This document shows positions 45,677-53,962 of a DNA stretch of 64,000 bases, piece after piece. Both the position numbers and the translations under genes were made by a program. Numbering within the stretch: the stretch's first letter is position 1; each line of letters begins with the position of its first letter. The stretch comes from Dehalococcoidales bacterium (GTDB lineage Bacteria > Chloroflexota > Dehalococcoidia > Dehalococcoidales > UBA2162), in the NCBI GenBank assembly GCA_034416335.1, contig DAOULV010000023.1, positions 768-64,767 on the forward strand, read 5' to 3'. The notes beneath the pieces are model-generated. The model saw nothing but the letters and a program-made list of their open reading frames with translations, did not search any database and was not told the DNA's origin.

Positions 45677-45826
45677 ACCGCTTGTCCTGAGCCTATCGAA
45701 GTATGAGTCTTAAACACCGTTCATCCTGAGATTGTCGAAGTATGAACCTTAAACACCGTTCATCCTGAGCTTGTCGAAGGATGAGCCTTAGACACCGTTC
45801 GTCCTGAGCCTGTCGAAGGATGAGCC
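45677..45826 (+). repeat. 39-bp tandem repeat, 3 full units plus one 33-bp partial, each a TCATCC...GGATGA-type hairpin
   Basis: Full units are at 45677-45715, 45716-45754 and 45755-45793, with a partial unit at 45794-45826. There are no unique spacers between units. Confidence 0.7.
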
Positions 45827-45956
45827 TATTATTTAAGAGGTTTCGGGGACGCGAATCGAGAACCGAATAATCAGCCGGTCTACCATTCCGGCCCCGGTTT
45901 TCACCGGGATCGGTATGGTTTTTAGTACAGGTAACAGATGATAAAGGAGCTGTGTG

Positions 45957-46829
45957 ATGACATTAAAAATTGGATTTGTCGGGGTAGGAGACATCGGAAA
46001 CGTGATGGCAAGAAGCATACTGAAAGCTGGTATACCACTCGCGGTGTATGACCTGAATAAAGAAGCCGTCGACAGGGTTGTGGCTGAAGGAGCTTCAGCG
46101 GCAAATTCCTGCCGGGAACTGATGGAAACGAGCGACGCCGTAATCAGCATGGTACGCGATATCCCCCAGACGGAAGAAGTAGTTTTCGGTAAAGAAGGGC
46201 TGTGGGAAGGGACAAAGGAAGGAAGTATTATCATCCTTTCCAGTACAATCGGGCCGTATTACCCCTGTGAACTCTACGAAAAAGGCAAGGAAAAGGGCGT
46301 CAGAGTAATCGACATAGGCGTTACCAAGAATATCCCTACCAATGAGATAGGTCAGTTCACCCTGATGGTAAGCGGTGATGACGACGTTATAGATAAATGC
46401 TGGCCTGTTTTCGAAGCTATGGGGAGAAAAGTATTCAAAGCAGGAAAAATAGGAAACGGCCAAGCTTACAAACTTGTCAATAATATGGTTGCCTTCAATA
46501 TGGGGACAGTAATCCACGAGTGCCTGAATGTCGGTCTTAAAGCAGGTCTCGACATGAAGATGATGCTGGATGTAATGCAGGAAGGCACCGGTGGAAGCTG
46601 GATGGCGAACAGTATGAGAAATATGCTTGAATCCGGCAGGAGAAGGATGCCTCCCCCACCCCCTCCATCCGGTGATTCCCCACCGCCTAAATTCATTAAT
46701 AAAGACCAGGTACTGGCAATCGAGATGGCTGAAAAACTGGAAGCCGAAATACCTGTGGCAAAACTGATGGAGGAACTCGACGAGTCTAAAGTGTATGAAA
46801 CCTATACAAAATATATGAGGGGAGAATAG
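45957..46829 (+). CDS. NAD(P)-dependent 3-hydroxyisobutyrate/6-phosphogluconate-dehydrogenase-like oxidoreductase
   Basis: ORF track 45954..46829. AGGAG SD then ATG 45957. IGFVGVGDIGNVMARSILKAG is a Rossmann motif. Confidence 0.7.
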   Translation: MTLKIGFVGVGDIGNVMARSILKAGIPLAVYDLNKEAVDRVVAEGASAANSCRELMETSDAVISMVRDIPQTEEVVFGKEGLWEGTKEGSIIILSSTIGPYYPCELYEKGKEKGVRVIDIGVTKNIPTNEIGQFTLMVSGDDDVIDKCWPVFEAMGRKVFKAGKIGNGQAYKLVNNMVAFNMGTVIHECLNVGLKAGLDMKMMLDVMQEGTGGSWMANSMRNMLESGRRRMPPPPPPSGDSPPPKFINKDQVLAIEMAEKLEAEIPVAKLMEELDESKVYETYTKYMRGE

Positions 46830-47037
46830 TAATATCTAAGAAACCTCTGAAAAGTCCCCTCACCCTAACCCTCTCCCCTCAAGGGAGAGGAATGTCCCGA
46901 TCGATATTAAGCGGTGTTAATCAAAGGTTCCCTAAACACTGAAACCTGATTTGTAAATAAGCATTAATACTAAAATAAAAGGTTATAATCAGGTAATGAA
47001 TTATTTCGATATCTGGATTTATACTACACCGATTGTC

Positions 47038-47076
47038 ATTATTGCATCGTCCGCCTGCGGCGGACGATGCAATAAT
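47038..47076. repeat. perfect 18-bp inverted repeat (REP-like palindrome)
   Basis: ATTATTGCATCGTCCGCC-tgc-GGCGGACGATGCAATAAT. There is no U-run on either strand. Confidence 0.6.
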
Positions 47077-47107
47077 TATAAGATTACCACAAAGTGACAG
47101 TACCGGT

Positions 47108-47515
47108 TTATTCCGGCGAGGCGTAATTCGCCGTACGGTTGAATACGCGATTAATCAACTCGATAGTTCCCCATACCTTGCGCCTGACTCCGCCGCCTTC
47201 GCTGCCTATCCACTCGTAGAATTTCTCTTTAGGGATATTTCTTGCTTCTTCAATAGTGAGACCCCGCGTCAGTTCGCACAGGGCTTCGATAACCACGTTC
47301 GCCGTCGGGTCACAGCTGCATAAATATCTTATATCATCGATAACGTCGTCTTTAACCTTAACGTATACGTTGATATAATCGCTTTCTCCCTTACCGCAGA
47401 TATGTATACCTTCGGCTTTCGAATCTATAAAGAAGGTGGGGTTTTCGAAAGAGCCGGCATTCTTAAAGCCTTCTTTCATCAATTCTTTATATTTTTCGGC
47501 AACTATTTCGTCCAT
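47108..47515 (-). CDS. IscU/NifU-N-like Fe-S scaffold protein (divergent)
   Basis: ORF track 135 aa. The Cys positions (ICGKG, YLCSCDP) and ...GLTIEEARNI follow the IscU layout. It is adjacent to a cysteine desulfurase. Confidence 0.5.
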   Translation of the reverse strand: MDEIVAEKYKELMKEGFKNAGSFENPTFFIDSKAEGIHICGKGESDYINVYVKVKDDVIDDIRYLCSCDPTANVVIEALCELTRGLTIEEARNIPKEKFYEWIGSEGGGVRRKVWGTIELINRVFNRTANYASPE

Positions 47516-47548
47516 TACACGTCCTGCTCCGCGTTATTATGCTTAATT

Positions 47549-48892
47549 TTAAATATAGAAACGTTCTCTGAATACCTCTTCGAGCGTGTCAAGAAATATA
47601 TCACATTCCGCAATAGTATTATAAAAGTAAAAGGACGCTCTGTACATCATTCTCTGTTCACCCGGTAGCTGGGGACCCGACCATCCCTGACCGAATTCCT
47701 TATTCAGGAAAGAATGCACGCAAAACTGCCCGTCCCTGATCATTACATTACTTTTTTCACTTAATTCCTCGGCTATCCCGTTTGCATTTGGCCTTTTAAT
47801 TTCGAAAGAGAGTATTCCGCTTCTTTTCCCGGGATCTCTCGGCCCGAGTATGTGAAACCAGCCGAGGTCTCCGTAACGCTCCAGCAGCTTCTCCGACAGG
47901 TAGGTATTAAGGTTCTTTTCCTGTGCCCTGATATTTCCCATACCGACGTTCAGCAGGTACTTCACCGCCGCACCTGCTGCAATCTGGCCGGGATAATCCT
48001 GCAAACCCACTTCGAACCTTTCGGGTGGCATAAGAAGGTTGTATTCCTCGTAGGTGGTATCGATGATAGTATCTCCGCCGAGCATGGTGGGTAATACGAC
48101 GTCTTCGGTCTCATTTTCTTCCAGTGTTTCTTTACCCAGATATTCGGCTTTTCCGTAGAGAACGCCGACTCCCCTGGGACCACACATCTTGTGCAGGGAA
48201 AAAACCAGGAAATCCACGTCCAGTTCTTTAACATCGACAGCCTGGTGGGGGATGGTCTGAGCTCCGTCGAGCAGCACCCTGGCGCCGTACCGGTGGGCAA
48301 GACTGACAATCTCTTTCGCCGGTAAGGTATAGCCCGTAAGATTCGAGGTATATCCCATACTTACCAGTCTAACGCGGTTGTTTTTCAGCCTGTCTTCGAA
48401 CACATCGAGGTCTATCTCTCCGTCTTCAGTAGAGTCTATCGGTATCGTCTCGATAATTCCCTTTTTGCGTAAACGGAGCCAGGGTATCAGGTTCGAGTTG
48501 TGTTCTTTATCCGTATGAAGGACCACATCCCCCGGTTTGAACTGGGTACCGAGGGCAACGATATTTACGCCGTGACTGGAGTTCAGAGTAAAAATGATTT
48601 CTTTATGGGAATCGGCATTGATAAAATCCTTGATGATATGCCGTGAACCCTTCATTCCCCGGTCAGGGTTACCGTCGATGCGGTCGGTTACTTCTCTGGC
48701 AAACCAGTGCCTGCTCCTACCTTCTCCGCAAGCCGGAAAATCGTTGTAATATTCATTGAAAGCATCTATGACCTGTTTGGGGACAAGCGTGTTACAGGCA
48801 TTATCGAAATATATCGGCGGCGCACCGTTTTGAAGATTTTTTAAGGACGGGAAATCTTTCCTTACCCATTCGAGTGGATTCTCGCTGGTCAA
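47549..48892 (-). CDS. class V aminotransferase-fold cysteine desulfurase (SufS/CsdA-like)
   Basis: ORF track 447 aa. The PLP lysine motif is FSLHKMCGPRGVGVLYG. Confidence 0.8.
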   Translation of the reverse strand: MTSENPLEWVRKDFPSLKNLQNGAPPIYFDNACNTLVPKQVIDAFNEYYNDFPACGEGRSRHWFAREVTDRIDGNPDRGMKGSRHIIKDFINADSHKEIIFTLNSSHGVNIVALGTQFKPGDVVLHTDKEHNSNLIPWLRLRKKGIIETIPIDSTEDGEIDLDVFEDRLKNNRVRLVSMGYTSNLTGYTLPAKEIVSLAHRYGARVLLDGAQTIPHQAVDVKELDVDFLVFSLHKMCGPRGVGVLYGKAEYLGKETLEENETEDVVLPTMLGGDTIIDTTYEEYNLLMPPERFEVGLQDYPGQIAAGAAVKYLLNVGMGNIRAQEKNLNTYLSEKLLERYGDLGWFHILGPRDPGKRSGILSFEIKRPNANGIAEELSEKSNVMIRDGQFCVHSFLNKEFGQGWSGPQLPGEQRMMYRASFYFYNTIAECDIFLDTLEEVFRERFYI

Positions 48893-49099
48893 TTATGTCT
48901 CCTTCCTTCAAGTATTATACTTAAAGGATTTACAGACGTCCAATAATTAATATAATAATTATTATAATACTCAACTATCCGGAGTACCGGCAGAAGATTG
49001 TGCAGTATAATACAATTATTCGAACGATTTTCAGAGAATTGACAAACATTTCAGATATCCCTGACAATTATCCTTACTATAAAACACAGGAGTTGCAAA

Positions 49100-50860
49100 A
49101 TGGCAGAAAAGGACAGAATTTATAAGTGTCTCAACCCGGTGGGAATGCAGTTGCCCATCAAAACGTTCCCCCTTGCACCCCGTCTGGATACGCTGGATGG
49201 TAAAGAGATATATCTCAGCATCACCGGCGAACCCGATATTACTATCCCCCTGGAGAAAAAACTTAAGAGCGACTACCCGAACGTCGACTGGAAGATAAAG
49301 AAGACCTACGGCATAGTACCGGTCGAGATATCGGAAGAAGAGATGAAAACAGCCGACGGTCTGATACAGGCGATATGCTGGTGAAGCGGAGCTGTATGGA
49401 GGCAGTTGCCTTATCTGGCCAAACTGGAAAAAGCGGGTATTCCTACCGTAGTAGTAGACCTCGAAGACCAGGAACAGATGGTCAAACAGGAAGCCCTGGT
49501 AAGTGGTGTTCCTAAAATCCGCTACCTGCACGCTTCCCGTACGCTGCCCGGTCCCGAGGACGTGGACAACTGGATAGAGCCGATGTTACAGGAATTACTC
49601 CGCCCTTTGAACGACGAGGAAAAAGAAAGCGGGATGTATACCATTCCCCAGCAGAGAATAATATTCGAAGGCACCCTCGAGGAAGCCCAGGACTTCTACC
49701 AGCAGACCGAGTGGATTCCTCTCCCCGTTGAAGCTCCGATAGCCAAATACACCGACGGCTTCCCGATTGTAGTCCCCACCGAAGAAAAGGTGAAGTGGAT
49801 GCTTACCGGCACCAGCCACGAACCGGATGAAATAATTACCCACCAGGCCGACAGGCTGGCAACGCAGGGAGAAGCGACCAGCGAAGGCAGATTGGAGATA
49901 AGAAAAGGGGACGTAGTCAGGTTCCAGCCTCTGAAAAGGACGGCGACGGTCGAACAGGTAGCAGTAAATGCCGTGATGGCTGGATGTCGACCCGAACACC
50001 TTCCCATCGTACTGGCTATAGCTCAGTCGGGAACCCCTATCAGCACGACCAACTTTCCCAGCCAGGCGGTGTGTGTCTCCGGTCCCATCGTCAAAGAAAT
50101 AGGTATGAACACCGGCTGCGGTATGTTCGGACCGGGCAGCATCGCCAACTCACCCATCGGACGAGCCTACCAGCTGATGGCTATCAACCTCGGCGGAGCA
50201 GTACCCGGGGTCAACCGGATGGGCTGCCTGGGAAGTCCGCTCAACAACGGCGGCGTAGCCTATGCCGAGAATGCCGGCGGCCTGCCAACGGAATGGAAAG
50301 GACTCAACGAGGAGTACGGTTTCAGGAAAGATGAAAACATCGTGATGGTCCAGATGATTACCGGCGGTATACTCGGTTCCCAGTTCTCGCCGGGCGGCTA
50401 CCGGGCTCTTCAGAAGAGCGGTCACGGCGGAATCGCCAGGAAGTTCGACGTCAAGGGTACCCCGGGTCCGCACAACTGGCTCGACTACCTGGTACCGGAA
50501 CTTTACGCCGGGCGTGAAGGTGCCTGGGCGATAGTAATGGTCCCCGAAATGGCACAGCACCTGGTGGACCTCGGATTCAAGTCCAAGGACGATGTATACA
50601 AGTATCTCTGGGAGAAAGGATTCGAACCTCTGAAAAAATACAGGGGGCGGTCGTGGCCCGATTTCAGGAGAAACGGCTGGACGGGCATTGAGAAGACTTC
50701 CGGGAAACCCTGGAAGGAACTTCCCGACGACTACATGGTACCGGCTGCCGGTGACGACCCCAATCAGTTTTGCATTGTAATAGGTGGCGGACAGGAAGAA
50801 GCCTGTGTCCAGCTAGCCGGTGACCGCGGTAACGCCTTCAGCATTGATGCCTGGAAGTAG
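49100..50860 (+). CDS. about 586-aa selenoprotein candidate: GrdB/PrdB/UGSC-like N-terminal domain plus a large uncharacterised C-terminal domain (UGA 49382-49384 = Sec)
   Basis: ORFs 49100..49384 and 49406..50860 are in one frame, and the only interruption is the TGA. The paralogue has a TGA at the same aligned site (AICW-U-SGAVWRQLPY vs GVCW-U-HNAVRRQLPY). The bridge codons differ synonymously (gct/gcc Ala, gta/gtc Val). Hairpin GAGGC-AGUU-GCCUU lies at 49399-49412. Confidence 0.7.
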
Positions 50861-50967
50861 CCCTCACGCCAACGATAGAATAACCGGTATCCCACTTTTG
50901 TAAAGCGGGATTAAGGGGGATTTCTAAATCCCTCTCAATCTCTCCCGTATCAAGCACGGACAGGACT

Positions 50968-51177
50968 ATGGATGAACTTAAACTGCTCGAACTTATCAAC
51001 AAAGCTTACCGTGAACTGGAGCGGAGTCGTGAAGCGAACGCCAGCAGTTCGCTGATTAGAGTACTCGAAGAGGAAATCAAGGAGCTTGAGAATATTTTCG
51101 CTACCGGTGACGCGGAACGCCTCGAAAAGAGGGCTTTCCTCGACCAGTGCGCCGAAAAATTCGACAAACAATACTAG
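50968..51177 (+). CDS. small helical protein (paralogue of 53526..53714)
   Basis: ORF track 69 aa. It aligns with the 62-aa ORF (LL..I......E......A.S.....LE.E...L......E......AF.D.C). Confidence 0.5.
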   Translation: MDELKLLELINKAYRELERSREANASSSLIRVLEEEIKELENIFATGDAERLEKRAFLDQCAEKFDKQY

Positions 51178-51336
51178 TATCCTGTCTTACAAGTTCGCTG
51201 AATACGTTATTGGTTCTGCCGGACTCGTTCATGGTTCGATAAACTCACCATGAACGGAATAGAATAGCATAGTACCGCTCGTCCTGAGCTTGTCGAAGGA
51301 CGAGCAGATTATTCAAGGTATTTCCGAGACGCGATA

Positions 51337-51499
51337 CTGGTACGTTGTAACACAAAAATAGTCTGAAGCTGGTTCTATAACCAGTCCCTTCCCCCTTGAT
51401 GGGGGAAGGTTAGGATGAGGGTGATTTTAATCCTCTTCCTCAAGGAAGAGTAAACAATAAGCATGTTATTCCGAAAAACTAAGCGTTACCTGGTACCAG
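51337..51499 (-). mobile_element. MITE-like element, family 1, copy D (inverted)
   Basis: The ends are ctggtacgttgtaac and gttacctggtaccag, which match at 12 of 15 positions as inverted repeats. The internal hairpins match the other copies. Confidence 0.65.
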
Positions 51500-51612
51500 A
51501 CAAAAAAATGACCGACACAGGCTGAAATTCCACCTGATAGCGGATATATCGCTAACTTGAAAATACCAACCGCTTTGTTTAATATATTCCTATCAAAAAA
51601 AGGAGAGTTCAT

Positions 51613-53367
51613 ATGGCAGGAAAAATCTATAAATGCCTGAATCCGACAGGTGTCCAGATGCCAGCTCAGCAATTCCCACTTGCCGAGCGCATCGATACTA
51701 TTAACGGAAAAACTATTCACCTGAATATCTGCGGCGAGCCTGATATAACCATACGCCTTGAACGGAAACTCGTTGCGGAATATCCCCAGGTAAACTGGCT
51801 GATCAAGAAGACAAACGGCATCGATCCGGTCAGGATGAGTGAAGAAGAAATGAAGACGGTGGACGCCGCTATCCTCGGGGTATGCTGGTGACATAACGCC
51901 GTCAGAAGGCAGTTGCCTTATCTGATCCAGCTTGAAAAAGCCGGTATCCCCACCGTGTTAATCGATTTCTTCGACCAGGATGGATTCGTCGAGAGTGAAG
52001 CCCAGGTACTCGGCGTCCCCAAACTTCGCTACATGCATGCCCACCGAATCATGCGCGGGACAGAGGACGTAGAGAGATTCATCGACGAGATGTTCGACGG
52101 AATTACCCGCCCCCTGACTGATGAAGAGAGACAGGAAGGAATGTGGAGGCCTGAAGGAACAAGAATACTGTTCGAGGGAACCCTTGAAGATGCTGAAGAG
52201 TTCTATATGCAGGCAGAAAAAAACGAATGGCAGCTTGGCGCCCCCTATGCCAGATACACCGACGGTTTACCGATCGTGGTACCCACCGAAGAACGGGTGG
52301 AAGCAATGCTTAAAGGCACCAGCCACGCTCCAAATGAAATAATCAACCTCCAGGCAGACCTGCCGGTAAGAGCTGCTCCTGAAGCCATAGGTAACGACCC
52401 GATAATACGAAAAGGCGAACCGGTACGTTACATGCCTACAAGAAGGGTAGCTACAGTCGAACAGGTTGCAGTAAACGCGGTAATGGCCGGCTGCAGGCCC
52501 GAATACTTTCCCGTGGTACTTGCCATAGCCGAAGCTTCCGCCGGGACCGGTGACGGTCGCAACGGACAGGGCTTTATCGTCAGCGGACCTATCGCCGAGG
52601 AAATCGGAATGAATTATGGTTTCGGACTCCTCGGTCCCGGTAACCCGGCCAACATAACCATCGGTCGCTCCTCCAAACTGATGTGGCGTAACCTGGGCGG
52701 TGCTTTACCGGGTATTACCGTAACCAGCAACTGGGGAGATAACCCTGCGGTTAATACCGGCTTCTGCATTGCTGAGTACGCCGGCGGACTTCCAAAGGAA
52801 TGGAAAGGTCTCAACGAAGAACTCGGATACAAGAAGGAAGAGAGTGTAATCATGGTCACCCATCCGGGTTCATTCGGTATAGGACAGCACTTTATGCCCG
52901 GTGTCTACCGAGCCCTCCAGAAGGACGGGCACGGCGCGATGGCGAGGTATCTGGGTGTCAAGGGTGTTCCCGGCCCTCATAACTGGCTTGATTACCTGTG
53001 TGTAGGGCTGTGGGCGGACCGCGAAGGCGGCATTACTCTGTTGATGATACCAGAAATGGCACAGCACCTGGTGGATATCGGATTCAAGTCCAAGGAGTCT
53101 GTTGCCGAATACATCTGGAAGAAGAGCTTCGAGCCGGTCAAAGAATACCGGATGCGCGGCGCACCCGATTTCGCTACCAACGGCTGGAGATCTATCGAAC
53201 CTACCTCGGGTAAACCCTGGCTGGAACTGGATGACGACTATATGGTACCGGCCGGTGGTTTTTCTCCAAAAGCAAACCAGATTCTTGTCTGCGGCGGTGA
53301 CGAAGAGACCTGCCATCGCTTCGGCGGCGGACAGGGTCAGCCGTACCTCATCGACAACTGGCGGTAA
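51613..53367 (+). CDS. about 584-aa selenoprotein candidate, paralogue of 49100..50860 (UGA 51889-51891 = Sec)
   Basis: ORFs 51613..51891 and 51913..53367 are in one frame, separated only by the TGA. Hairpin CAG-AAGGC-AGUU-GCCUU-au-CUG at 51903-51924 starts 11 nt after the UGA. Confidence 0.7.
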
Positions 53368-53525
53368 TCGTATTCAAAATCAGACAATATAAAAGAGAGT
53401 CTCGGATGATCCGGGACTCTCTTCTTTTCAAGAAGCAAAACAACTGAAGAAATATGGATAATTTGTCCAGTATAGGATATGATATATCCTGTATAATAGA
53501 TCAAGAGTATAACAAGGAGTAAAAG

Positions 53526-53714
53526 ATGAACGAAGTAGAACTGCTTCAAAAAATCCACCGCAAGCAAATCGAGATCGAAGAGGGTAAATCTGCCAACGCA
53601 GGCAGTGACACCATCGCCACGCTCGAAAATGAATTGATGAAATTAGTCGATATTATGACGGCTTATGAAAAATCCGAGGATAAGCAGGCGTTCATGGACA
53701 ACTGCAGGGGATAG
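53526..53714 (+). CDS. small helical protein (paralogue of 50968..51177)
   Basis: ORF track 62 aa with an AAGGAG SD. It is followed by a strong terminator. Confidence 0.5.
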   Translation: MNEVELLQKIHRKQIEIEEGKSANAGSDTIATLENELMKLVDIMTAYEKSEDKQAFMDNCRG

Positions 53715-53730
53715 ACCACCCAAAACTGAT

Positions 53731-53766
53731 AAAAAAGGGGATGGTATTTAACCATCCCCTTTTTAT
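53731..53766 (+). terminator. rho-independent terminator
   Basis: A 9-bp stem GGGGATGGT/ACCATCCCC (53737-53759) is followed by a T-run at 53760-53764. Confidence 0.75.
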
Positions 53767-53776
53767 GCATTTTAAA

Positions 53777-53962
53777 CTAGTACCATGTAGCGCTTAATTT
53801 TTCGGAACAACGTGCTTTTTGTTTCCTCTCCCTTGAGGGGAGAGGATTAAGGTGAGGGTGAAAATCGGATTTGTATCACCCTCATCCTGACCTTCCCCCT
53901 TAAGGGGAATGGACTGGTTGTAGAACTAACTTCAGACAGTTATTAATGTTACAGCGTACTAG
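53777..53962 (+). mobile_element. MITE-like element, family 1, copy E (full length)
   Basis: The ends are ctagtaccatgtagc and gttacagcgtactag. There are three nested hairpins (cctctccc/gggagagg, ggtgagggtga/tcaccctcatcc, ccttccccc/ggggaatgg). Confidence 0.65.

Noticed and set aside
45677-45826. Possible CRISPR array (regular 39-bp repeats)
   Set aside because: The units abut directly with no unique spacers, there are only about 4 copies, they match dispersed REP-type hairpins elsewhere in the window, and no cas genes are present.
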